A stretch of 58,085 bases of DNA, counting the filler, from Sphacelaria rigidula (Eukaryota): assembly GCA_964200075.2 (NCBI GenBank). It is 9 parts of 9 records of this genome, joined end to end, with 100 filler letters (N's around TTAATTAATTAA, not from the genome) between each part and the next. Parts side by side here need not be neighbours in the genome. Positions count along the whole stretch, not along the records: positions 1 to 6,366 come from CAXNAA020020505.1; positions 6,467 to 12,832 come from CAXNAA020020506.1; 7 more parts are not named here. One strand, written 5' to 3'. The translations under genes were made by a program, and so were the position numbers. How positions within the stretch are numbered: position 1 is the stretch's first letter; each line of letters opens with the position of its first letter. Below are positions 1-10,987 of this stretch, one piece after another. Under the pieces are notes generated by a model. The model saw nothing but the letters and a program-made list of their open reading frames with translations. It was not told the origin of the DNA and ran no database searches.

Positions 1-344
1 GCGGGCGCGGCGTGAGGGGGGGGGGGGGGGGGCTCATACAGCGCGTAGCGACCAAACATAAGTAAGAAACCCTTGCTGAGCATGTCAAACATAATCTCCC
101 CGCCATGATGTTCCTCAGTTTCTTACTGTGTATGCATACCTTGAATATTGGTGTTATCGGCGGTGAAGGGACGCCGGAAATATTGTTCTGAAATTCGGTC
201 TCGCGCCTAGAGGGGAAATACTTTATTTTGTGATCTTGTGGAACATGCTTGTACCAGGCCCCCACCAGAATCTACCAAGACTTCTAACAAATGTATTCAC
301 TTGCCTGTAGGTATCTTGCTCGCGAACCCTCCCCCGCCCTCCCT

Positions 345-520
345 CCTGGTCTGGCGGAAATCCGGCGTGCTCCGTTGTGGTGTTGTAGGGATGCAAGGTA
401 AATGGTCGTATGACTACGGGATGCAATATTATGAGTACCCCCCCCCCCCCCCCCCCTCCCTCATGACCATGGCATGCATGATCATGAGTACATCCCCTCC
501 TCCCCCCTCCCGCTCCCGCT
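345..520 (+). mobile_element. Two stacked 3' ends of poly(C)-tailed retroposon family B
   Basis: CCTGGTCTGGCGGAAATCCGGCGTGCTCCGT...GGGATGCAAGGTAAATGGTCGTATGACTACGGGATGCAATATTATGAGTAC-(C)n is followed by a second truncated copy ATGACCATGGCATGCATGATCATGAGTACATCCCC. It matches copies at 39575, 51345-51535, 51722, 53535 and 56080. Confidence 0.8.
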
Positions 521-586
521 GTTATTTTCCCCGTGTACGTTGCGTGACTTTTGGGATGTGATCTGTGCTGGTTTGACGTTGACCAG

Positions 587-706
587 CTACCAGATCTGCC
601 CGCCTTGTCGGGGGTAAGCACCGTACTCTCGCAAGAGCTGGGGCATCCATCGTTGGGGCAGCAGCTGGAGAGATTAACGCCCCTACTTCAAGATGAGAGC
701 ACGGAG
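587..706 (+). CDS. ATR: Internal exon of an ATR/Mec1-like PIKK kinase (HEAT/UME-adjacent region)
   Basis: A 120-bp exon bounded by CAG|...|GT encodes LPDLPALSGVSTVLSQELGHPSLGQQLERLTPLLQDESTE. Joined to the exon at 4866 it resembles, from memory, the ATR segment LPDHPELKKIKAVL...HENVDVRIHALTSL...VEPIISQLVTVLL. Confidence 0.72.
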
Positions 707-1194
707 GTGTGTGTGTGTGTGTGTGTGTGTGTGTCTGTGTGCCGTTTTGAAACGATCTTGATTGCTGTGGCAGCAACGGAGGAATGCATCTATGATCCTG
801 GTTTTTCGTCGTCAGAAAATAATGTGGGGACGTACGTGAGTTGGAACAGAAAATAGTTGGATGGAAAGTCGACGGGCTTGGGCCTTCTTCACTGGGTATG
901 AAAATATGAAAATACGTGGGAAAAATATATATTTGAAGGATACGATTTTTCCCGACTGAAATTCCGCCCTCGGGAAAAAGAACAAGATCTACTGCGCTGC
1001 TTCCCCTCGTGGGGAGCTCCGCAATGCTGTGCTTGACGTATTTGTCCGAAACGTGCCCCATCCCCTCCTCCCCGCCTCTCCAAACAAAATATATGTATTT
1101 CACACCCTGAACAATATAATATGTTTCCAATTTATGTTCGTCGATCATATTGGGAGTTTGCGGTATATTTCCGGCGTAATATATATCGCTATTC

Positions 1195-1267
1195 CTGTGT
1201 GACCCCGGCTGGTGCGCCCACATATACCGAGAGGTGTAGACCGGCGTCCAGAATAGATGATACGACA

Positions 1268-1305
<38 letters not shown>

Positions 1306-1314
1306 ACACACACA
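1195..1314 (+). mobile_element. Retroposon-like 3' end with (CA)n tail (family C)
   Basis: GTAGACCGGCGTCCAGAATAGATGATACGACAAC(AC)n; a homologous end GTAGACTGGTGCCCAGAATAAATGGGACAAC(AC)n lies at 32328-32407. Confidence 0.6.
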
Positions 1315-1329
1315 CCCTTAGATTGCACA

Positions 1330-3250
1330 CGTATTGCGCGCCCAATATATATTGATGTCATGGGACTGCATAGATATTGCACGCCCAATATATATTGGTA
1401 CCGTGGAATTGCACACATATTGTCCCATCAATATATATATGTATATATTTATATTTATATATATTGTGGCAGTGTGGGCGACGACCTATTGCACGACCAA
1501 TACAGTAGTAGGGTCGCATCGGTTAGAACATGTTGACCGGTCAATATATATTGGGGCAGCGTGGGTGCCAATATATTGGCCGGTCAATATGTATTGGATA
1601 TTGTAAGTATGGTTCACACGTTGAAAAAGATCCAGACTCGACGGATGCCGGAGCCCGTGCAGGTTGAGAAAAGCTTCAAAGGAAGCCACAGAAGTTCGCG
1701 TAGATTGCGACGGGGAGTCGAATGCGTTTGATATATATATATATATATAGTATATACATAGAATATTTCGAACTCACGAGCGTGAAGCATACTTTGTGAC
1801 GAGGCGTCCACGGGATTTATTGCTAATTTTATTGTTCAAGTTCCTCCGCACCCGCCCCGGGAGATGACTGTTCGGGCCAATGTCGATGCTAGGAGCCCGG
1901 TTGGCGGATTCGTGCTTTACGTTGTGCGGCGGTATACATGCGTTCGCGACCGTTCGAACGGGCGCGCGATTGCGGTGGTCCTGGAATGTTTCCGGCGGGT
2001 GTGAACATTTGGAGAGAGGATCTATTCTCACGAGGGCTTGGCAAGGCAAGAATACCGAGACCCTCGAAAAAGACGGACGGGACCGGGACTGTGCGGCTTG
2101 TATATGCGTATATATTGGCCAGGAAATATGGTGACAGAAGAGGCGACCCGGTATATATGCCTTCTGATACCTGTCTGGCCACCAGTACGGGGCCGCCCAT
2201 CCCCTTCACAGTATGTAATATATCTTGGCTAAACACCACGGCGACAGAAAACACGGGTCGATATGCGCCTTTTGGTACCCTTGTGGTCACCGATTCTGTG
2301 TTGATTATACGCTGGACAATACAGTATGTTCCGATATGATACCAATACCTTGTATTGGACACAGCAGAAATATTATCCGTTCAATATATTGTGTTGAGAT
2401 GTCCTCGGAGATATTGAAGCAACAGCATCTGTATCGTGTCATGATCGTGAAGTAAGTAATGCATGACAATATACATATACATTGGACGTGCATTTGCTCC
2501 GGGAACCAAACATTCAATATATTTTGTGCATGCCGGCCGTGTATATAGTGAAGTGTCGATATATATTGAGTCGAAGCGATGCGCAACATATTGTTACCAT
2601 AATGCATACTAAACACAAACCATGCAAATTTTTAGTTTTTCCAATATATATTGCGCACGCTCATCGGATAGCTGTTGCGCAGCCAATATATATTGAACAC
2701 GCTCGCGGAGGAATATATTGAGCGTTTTTGACATGTAGTGATCCATCTTTCAACGGCGCCCGCGAACATAGAACTGCCCACTACACTAATTCTAATACAC
2801 TTTCCAATCTGCGTGTTGAATCAATATATATTGCTACACCAATGTGTATGTGACCGTCGGTTCCCTCGTGTATTGACGCCCAATATATGTATTGGACGCA
2901 TTGACGCACGACACATTGGGGCGGCAATATATATCGGCGCTTCGGGTGTTGAGTATATGGAATCGTCACTATATATTGACCTCATGTGGCAGCCAATATA
3001 TTTCTCGACAAATATATATATATATATATATATTGGTGCCTTACCGCACCAACATATTACTCGGCCAATATATATTGAGGTGGCGCGTGCCGTGATGTAT
3101 TGTCCGGTCGGTATATGTTGCATGTCGCGAGCCTTGACATATTGATGGCACGATATATATTGACCTGTCTCGCGTGCCATTATATTGCTCGCCCAATATA
3201 TATTGACCACCCGACGCGTCGACGTATTGAGCGGGCAATATACATTACAC
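1330..3250. repeat. Array of palindromic CAATATATATTG motifs with variable spacers (probable non-autonomous DNA transposon), inside the ATR intron
   Basis: About 25 exact or degenerate copies, e.g. at 1342, 1385, 1541, 2641, 2683, 2821, 3065 and 3193, arranged in two clusters. Confidence 0.75.
1750..2100 (-). mobile_element. ~340-bp element inserted in (TA)n; second copy at 56391-56718
   Basis: It is the reverse complement of 56391-56718 over its full length, and both copies are flanked by TA repeats. Confidence 0.85.
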
Positions 3251-3314
3251 ATTGTACTGTCCAGGGCGTGATGTATTTACAACACAAAAACGTGGAAGGT
3301 AGTGTTGTGTAGTG

Positions 3315-3632
3315 TACGGATACACTCCGTAGGGTATGACATCCCTCATAGAAATTACAGGACTGTCGGGTACCGGTATGAGAGTCTTACAGGACTTGCA
3401 GAACCGGTCGGGGAGGGTATAGATGTTGTTCAGAACCTACATCATCTGTCGGGTAGGGTGTGGATGTTGTACAGAAACCCGTACTCGCACCCGAGAATTT
3501 TTACAAGGGAATACCCGTGCCTCGGGTACGGGTATGCGAGGCGTGCCGAACTCACAGAACTGTCGGGTAGGGGTATACCCAAGTCAATACTCCAAGGATA
3601 CCAAGCATCGTACCCTACAAAACACAACCTTG
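3315..3632. repeat. Dispersed repeat/MITE fragment built of ACAGAAC...CGGGTA(C/G)GGTAT units
   Basis: Five or more internal repeats of CAGAACTGTCGGGTAGGG-like motifs; it ends in AAAACACAACCTTG. Confidence 0.55.
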
Positions 3633-3876
3633 AAAGCGTGTTTCATATATTGTCACGATTTTCACACGACCCCACCGAGAAAAGTCCTCGACAGGCTGCG
3701 AAAGGGAGTGCTGATCGTCATGATCCATCCCGAATATATGTATTCAGGCAGATATTCGCACCAAATTCAGTTAGATTAAGGCAGGGGAATCAGTAATGCA
3801 AATGTGAAGCTCTTGCTGTGTATCCTTTGTTGTCATCTCTGAAATGCAGTTTCAAGTTAGGTTGTTCGATTTTTCA

Positions 3877-4120
3877 ATTGACTGATGGATAGATTGACTG
3901 GTTGTTTGATTGTCGCACTTTAGCTGATTCCCAGGTAGTCATGATCCAGCCGCGGTCAATATCCACATGATAGACCTACCCGAGATGGAATATGATGGGA
4001 AAACACTCGCTGATGAGAAGTAACGGAAACAGAAAGGTGGAGCAGACAGAGTAGACTATCAAAAACAAAAATAAGGGGAAAAAGAAAGGAAAAATAAACT
4101 TCAGAAGAAAAAAGAACGAA
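3877..4120 (-). mobile_element. Retroposon 3' end with (CAAT)n tail (family E); further copies at ~5922-6060 (-), 33405-33610 (-), 57330-57511 (+) and 57895-57962 (+)
   Basis: A shared terminus GACC(A/G)CGGCT(A/G)GA...GTCA(G/A)TTAAAGTGCGACAATCAATCAATC is preceded by a T/C-rich tract. Confidence 0.8.
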
Positions 4121-4665
4121 GGCAAACATCGAAGAGATCAGTAGTTCTCGAGAAGACGCTTCAGTGTTCATCGCGTGTGCTTTTGCCGCATTGACTTTGT
4201 GTCAATCGCCGTTGTGTTACGTTGCGCTGTGTTACCGCGTTGACATATGGATACACGACTGTAGCACACCAATGGTTCACGCAGTGCGAACGTTGGAGCG
4301 ACTGGTTCACATCAAACCAACCATTGATGCGTGAAAACTCTTCGCCACTAGCCGCTCGCAGGAACGCCGACACATGTAAAAAAAACATCGGATATTCCGA
4401 ACGTGCGAATGGTCGACCGACGTAGTGACAGCTTGGAACATTGCTTGCAAATACACTACGAGCAAGGCGCTTCTTTGTAGTGTGCTCTTGTAATGGTTTG
4501 ATGCTCATATACATATATGTACTTGGGCTTCAAATACCGCTGGGTTATGCTGGAGGAATCAGCGATGGAAGTGTTATTTTTTCATTCAACGTACATTCAG
4601 GTTTGGATTGCCCGATTCGTGATTAATTCGTGATTCTTGTGAAGAAGTTGTTTTTGTTCATCACC

Positions 4666-4704
<39 letters not shown>

Positions 4705-4865
4705 TCCATGTGATACATTATTACCGCTGTTGTCCTGCTTTTGCATTGTTGTACCATCCTTGACGACAGTACTGTATACATGCATCTAATTGCCTTGAAT
4801 GCCCCTGCCTCCGTTTCTGCTCCTGTTCCTGCTCCTGCTTCTGCTCCTGCTGCCGGTATTTGTAG

Positions 4866-5007
4866 GTCAGGCGAGCAGCACTAAAGCACCTGCTACTGGT
4901 CCTTCGAAGGGACAAGGAACGCCTTGCCGAGCTAGTGCTGAAGGGGGGTAGCGAGGTGGATCCTGCTGTATCGAGGCTGCTCAAGGGGCTGCTCGAGCTA
5001 TCTACAG
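4866..5007 (+). CDS. ATR: Next exon of the ATR-like kinase
   Basis: A pyrimidine-rich tract and TAG acceptor precede a phase-0 continuation, VRRAALKHLLLVLRRDKERLAELVLKGGSEVDPAVSRLLKGLLELST. The frame stops at ~5021, so the donor is probably AG|GCGAGA (GC type). Confidence 0.7.
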
Positions 5008-6366
5008 GCGAGATTCTTCTTTGAAGAGAAGTGTTTGTAGTGCAGCGACCATGGGTCTGAGAGGTCCTGGCGAAGGGAAAGCACTTGTTATACAATGTAA
5101 AAACAGATCAATCGTTTTTTCATTCTTTCTATCATAAGGCCACTTCTTACGTTTTTTCAAAACATGATTATTACGTTAAAAAGCCGTTTTGTGATAATCG
5201 ACCAAAAATCCACTCTTCTCATGTGACCAGAAAACGCGTTTTTTTTTAAGAAGAGTTTTTTTTCTTCTGATAACTGCTTTCGGTAGCCCAAAGTTATCAG
5301 AAAATCCTTATTTTCTGTTGGCTTTGGGCTTTCCAAAAAAGCTGTTGAAAAAGCGTTTGAAATCCCGCCGCTCATCAACCCTACACTCCGTTATATCCCT
5401 CAGCAGCACCCATGCTGGCTTGGCTGCCATCACTACTACTGCTCCTGCTACTGCTGCTGCTCCTCGCTGCCGTTCAGCGTTCGACGTCCGCGTCTTTACC
5501 CGCCAGAAGCGTGGTGGCCCTTTACCCCATGAGAACGGCAGAGGGGCGGGGTCGGTCACGAATATAGTCTGTATGCAGTCCGTGCAGTATTTGTAGCGCA
5601 GTTGAGCTCTGTGCATGCAGCGTGTTGCCACCAGCAGTCCATATGCAGTACAGGCCGTCCATGCGCCCGAGTCTTGTTTGCAGAGACAAGACCGTACTGT
5701 ACACAAAAGACGATACGTAGTGCGTTCTACCGTAGTAATGCGGTCAATACATTCAATACAGCACTGTCCGTGCTGTCCGTGCAGGAAATTAGTAGGAGTA
5801 CCGTGCAGCGAAAAAGCATAACCGTCAGTTCTACGGTCAGTGAGTACAGCAAGGCGGTGCGCATATCAATAATCTTTCTTAGTTCTGTAAAATCACGTTT
5901 TGATAAATGTGAGATGAGAAATCGATTGATTGTCGCACACAAACTGATCCCCTATGAGTCATGATCCAGCCGCGGTCATTGTCCACAAGGTGGACGTGCC
6001 CACGGTTAAGCAAACAAAGACGGAAATAATCGCTGAAGGAAGACTCCAGAGAGGGAAAATATGAAGGGGGACGAGGAAGGATACCGTACAGCTTTAGAAA
6101 TTGTTTTCGTGAACGGCGCCCGTTGAAAATCGAAGATGACGATATGACCTCACCGAGCACACCGCATGTCGAATACATTTTTTAATCTTCTCACACTTCG
6201 AACCCCTCCCCTCCCTCGGGGCAAGGCCGTGGTCTCAAGGGATCAACCCATCTGTCCCCCGGTACGTGCCTTTCATTTTGATCTCGCGGATTGGATCAGC
6301 ACTCCCGCACCGCGTCAACTCACGCCACACAAACCCAGTCGACTACTTTTGTTTACTCACGTTCTC

Positions 6367-6466
6367 NNNNNNNNNNNNNNNNNNNNNNNNNNNNNNNNNN
6401 NNNNNNNNNNTTAATTAATTAANNNNNNNNNNNNNNNNNNNNNNNNNNNNNNNNNNNNNNNNNNNN
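6367..6466. other. Artificial contig-joining spacer N44-TTAATTAATTAA-N44; also at 12833-12932, 19298-19397, 25763-25862, 32228-32327, 38693-38792, 45158-45257 and 51622-51721
   Basis: An identical 100-bp linker with a six-frame-stop core recurs every ~6465 bp. The intervening contig lengths are 6366, 6366, 6365 (x5), 6364 and 6364. Confidence 0.97.
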
Positions 6467-8730
6467 GGCACTATGGATGAGCATTATTGATCCACAACAA
6501 GCTTGTTCGGACAACCGTTGCCGCTTTCAACGACGATCTGACTCGAAATTTCGAGCAACAAATGGCCCGAAATACCCCCCCCCCCCTATCGTAGTAGGAT
6601 GACTCGGCTGAAGTTCCTGAGGGACGATCTTCAAGCTTTCGGGGCCACATACGGCTCTACGGACGACAACCGACAGACGTTCGCAGTTGACAGCGTCCTC
6701 TGGCCCTCACAGCAGCGAAGAAGGAAGCGAAGAAACCGTGGCACGCGGGGGTGATGCAGGGAGCGGAGCGGTTAATGATATCATGACACAAGAACGAAAA
6801 AGAGGCCAGCCGAATACGCGCGATTAAACGGGACATCGACGAAGTCAACACAACGGTGACGACCGTTTTTGTAGCGCCCAGGGAAAGTCGTGAAGGGACG
6901 GATGGTTTTCGAAGAAACCAATCGTCCATTGTAACGGATATAGACCGTTCAAGTAAGGAGATTTCGATTGTGAATAAGGAAATATGTACCACAGTACCCC
7001 TGAATACTGTTCTACATATTTCATTTTCAGCCATATTCTGCAAGAAACTGTGTAATTGTTTCTCGTCATATCTGAGGAAGACCGAGCCGACGATTTCCCT
7101 GGCTGATTCAGACCCTCTTTGTGTGAGAGAGAATATATATTTTGAAAAACTATACAATGACCGTCAGCATACATACTGTATTGCACTAGGAGGGTTTCCA
7201 GGTAACAGGTTCACCTGCGTGGTGGAAGCTGCTACTGTGTGCAATAGATGGAGCCGTGTCTCTCCCGCACGCCTCCTGCGAAATGCTCATCACTACTGCA
7301 AGTAAGTGACATAGCACATCTGCATCTATATTTACGTACAAAGGATACGAAAATGACGAGAGGTGACTGTACTCGTTTGTTCGCTACCTCGTCTGCGAGT
7401 TGTAAATGAAAAATAACGGTTCGGAAGCACGCTGCACGATGCCTAGACAGCGCAACCCGAAACCAGTTCCCAACACTGCCACGAAGAAAGTTGCCATACA
7501 AGGCGTGATAGCTGGTTTAGACTGGATTAAGCGCATCTCATGGGCGCTACTGGCGAAATATTCCCAAGCGTGGGAGTTTCCACCACCTCTTTGTGTGTGT
7601 GTGTGCAGCTTTGTTTTGTTCGTTTCATCCAACTGACTGTATTTCCCCCCGAAGGCTACCGGGGGAGCTTAGTATCATCACGTCTGACTGTTGAGACAAT
7701 AGTAAATGGAAGAACTGCTCGACGAGTGGCTTCTTCATACAGTGTATTCTTGGTCACAACCAAAGGGGCGTCCGTTGCCACGAGCAACTACGTGCGTCAT
7801 GATGCTGTTCTCTGGTGACAGTTTATCTCAGCAGATTGCTGAATGCTGCGTTTCAAAGATCACTGACGTCTGTCGTCGTGTTTGATCGCTTCGCTGAGCG
7901 CGGTCGTCGCCGGCGGCAAGAGTGTGCAGCCTCTCTCAGGGACTAAACAAGAGGCGCTCAAAACCTCGAGGACTAGCCCAAAGAAGTTTGTTCGCAGCAT
8001 GCTTGCTTTCGATCAGCTATGCGCTTGGATATACCCACCACTTCACGAGCTGTAGACGTCTCAGGAGATTCGGTAGCTCACGCTCGTGTCGGCGCAGCAG
8101 GCGAGTACCTCGCTGCTACATTTTCCCTACTTTTTACTTCGAAAATATGCATGTATGAAAACGGCCAGCACCGTATTTGCGTTAGCGGCAGTTGCTCAAC
8201 GGGATATCGCCCTGTTACGTATTCTGTAGCGCTTAGACGCACGTCCTGTTAAAAAAATGCCGCACCCTGACGGTGGTTTTTCTTTTCAACTGCTCATCAT
8301 AATGCTTGGGCTGCCGTATAAAAAATTCTGGGTCAGGGTTACATGGACGAAACTTCTCGCGTATCCCGAGCCTATTGGACGAAATAAATGAAACTTCGAT
8401 GACAAATCGAACCTCTCCCACATGGTGAACCTCAAATTCGATTCCACGCTGTGAGTAGCATTCAATAATACAAGCCTTGTACGATTGAACAGTTCCGAAT
8501 ATTTCATCTTATTTCATAGAATCAACACGACTCTCAAAAGCTGCGGGAGGGTGCCTTCCCGGTTCCCGCTACGTAGGTATATTAAAAAACGATGATATAG
8601 TTTTTGCAAGCTCTATGGAACATTGACGGGTACAGAGAGTACTCTCCGGATGGAATTCCGCGTTTTTCCACGTAAAAAGCATTTTCTTGGCACAATTTCT
8701 ATGAACCTGTCCATTCCACTTCGGCTCTAT

Positions 8731-8955
8731 CACAGGTAGACACTTTGCTCTCTCCGCAGGGTACATGGCGTTGGCCTTCGCAACCGTGCACATTGTCGAA
8801 GGTGTCAGACCTTTGCAAGGTCTTGACCTCATAAAAGTTCGCACAGGTGGACACTTTACTCTCGCCGCACGGTACATGAGGCGGTACATTCGAAACCGTG
8901 CACATTGTTGAAAGTTTAAGACCTTCGCAAGATCTTGACCTTGTAAAGGTCGTAC
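8731..8955 (+). repeat. Two-copy tandem duplication of ~110 bp
   Basis: CACAGGT(A/G)GACACTTT.CTCTC.CCGCA.GGTACATG...AACCGTGCACATTGT.GAA...TCTTGACCT occurs twice. Confidence 0.85.
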
Positions 8956-9234
8956 CTCATCTTGAGCATTCGAAATCCTCTAGTGGGTTTTCAACGATAT
9001 CGCGTCCTCTGGGGGTCATGTTGTCTCTCGAGAGGGGTTCTGTCAATATCGAAATCCTCTGGATTGTTTCTGAAGGCACTCGTGTTATGGGAATCAGGAA
9101 TATGAACAGTCGTTCGAAATACATCCTTTATGCCCGATTCCAAATTTCGAATAGGGAATGGAGGATTTATTTCGAACAGCAGGGTCTGTACAAGTCCCAT
9201 ATACACTCGCAGATGGGAGTTGTACACAGCTTCT

Positions 9235-9355
9235 AACAGTGGATCCTGGAAAATGGGGTCCATCTCAAAAATGAGATTCAAGTGACATATCTTTTCTGCA
9301 GGAATGACGCGAAACAGTTACACAGAACGACCCCATCTCCCCCCCAAAATATCTG
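9235..9355 (+). repeat. Dispersed ~120-bp module (probable transposon end); copies at 11449-11570, 12574-12696 and 32127-32227
   Basis: AACAG(T/C)GGATCCT...CAAGTG.CAT.TCT.TT.GCAGG...ACGCGAAACAGT.ACACAGA.CGA...CCCCCAAAA; all four copies share the same sharp 5' boundary. Confidence 0.75.
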
Positions 9356-10667
9356 TAGCAGTGGTGTAGTTGTGGCTAAATGCACCGAACGACTGCGGCG
9401 TACACGCGTGTCGATGACGATATCACCAGAGAGAGAAGCAACGACAGAGAGGAAGCTCCTCGCCCGTGTCCTTTGCGTGTCCTCGCTTGGCGATTACCAA
9501 CCACTCGAGAGACTGGCATCGTGGATGTTACCAGCATGTGCCGAATTTCTCATGTGCCGGTTGGGATATTACTATTTTGCTGCGCACAGCCGCCCAAAGA
9601 ACATCCAGCTGCGGAGAGATTTCGTCTCTTGTCTGTGGAGCTCACCAATGCGAAGATCGATTTATCTCTCCCTCTCTTTTTGGACAGGACGCACCTCTGT
9701 GCGCTGAAAAACACGTCGTTGAAAAACAGGGCAATGCTCCCGTCACCGCTACTACTGTTCTCTGCCACACACATGCCAGCAAGGGCGGTGCTGTGGCGGA
9801 AACAACAGATATATTCAATTTGAACTTGGGGGGGTGTTATTCAGCGTTGATTTTACCCGACATGACCCTCTGGGTGCCCGACGACAAGAGCGTGCGAGAC
9901 GCCAGTTGGGAGGGTGTATGAGACATCAAACATTTGTGGAGACCTTCTTGACATGCGGGGCGAAACACAATACGTATGGTGGTGACCTAACCGTTGCTAG
10001 CGTGGTGCAGAGGGGTGCGTCCATGCTGCAATCTGGAGCACGCGCTGGCTGCGTGAACACCTCGGTACAGTAGCTTTCAAGAATTAATTCCGATGTGAGG
10101 AGGTCACGCATTACAATCTAGGACGAGAAATGAACCCACGAAGAACAAGAGTGCTCTATGATCGACCATTTGTCGTTGCATTTGACACCCCCGCCATCAA
10201 CCGCCGATCGCAAAGGTCTTGTGGCTTTCAAGCAACGCAGGCGACAGTACGGCAGGCAAACACGATCATAGCTAGCTTTCGTCGCTCTACTGGACTGGCT
10301 GGCGTCTGCACAAGGTCGCCCGCCGTAACAACATGTACCAAATTTCGCAACCTCTGCAAAAACAAAATAATGCGATTTACCCAACGGCATAAACACGAGT
10401 AAAATGCGGAGATACTGTCGAACAGCAATATCAAAGTTTGCTGGCATTGAGGTGCTGCAATCAGTACAGAACGGAACAGAAATTGACAGTTTAACGTTCT
10501 TATCAGAAAGCAACGGACATGAAACGGTTTGCAGTTTGGAGAACGCGGAATTTCATAGAGGAGAACCTATATGTTTCCCCGCGAGTGTCACATGCGCTTG
10601 CAAAACCTCTCTCGTCGTTCTTTTATACCTGGCGGGGGAACGGGGAAGTCATAGTTACTGAGACCAC

Positions 10668-10940
10668 AAAAAAAACGTGCAGACAGAGAGACAGACAGAG
10701 AGACAGGCAGACCTCCTCCTGTCAGGGCCCTACATGTTACACGTTCATGTTGCACGTTTCACGTCAAAAGTCAAGCTAGGCTAGTAAATATAGCGGGGGA
10801 CCGCATGGGGAGCCCTGATTTGACTTGACTTTTGGACAGAGCTCCCCACGTGGTCCCCATCCCCCACCGTAGTACTAGCCTGGCTTGACTTTTGACGTGA
10901 AACGTGCCACATGAACGTGTAACGTGTAGGGCCCTGACAG

Positions 10941-10976
<36 letters not shown>

Positions 10977-10987
10977 GCACGTTTTTT
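10668..10987. mobile_element. Foldback/MITE-like ~320-bp hairpin
   Basis: Arm 10668-10786 (AAAAAACGTGCAGACAG...CTGTCAGGGCCCTACA.GTTACACGTTCATGT.GCACGTTTCACGTCAAAAGTCAAGC.AGGCTAGTA) pairs almost perfectly with 10873-10987. There is a second inner stem, GGGGACCGCATGGGGAGC / GCTCCCCACGTGGTCCCC. Confidence 0.88.

Noticed and set aside
522..1418. 298-aa minus-strand ORF
   Set aside because: It runs antisense across an exon, microsatellites and repeats, and has no coherent protein features.
5478..5560. Possible third ATR exon after a CTG-rich tract
   Set aside because: No frame gives the expected CLGELGAIDP-like continuation.
6411..6422. Recurrent TTAATTAATTAA as a biological motif
   Set aside because: It is always centred in N-runs, so it is an artificial linker.
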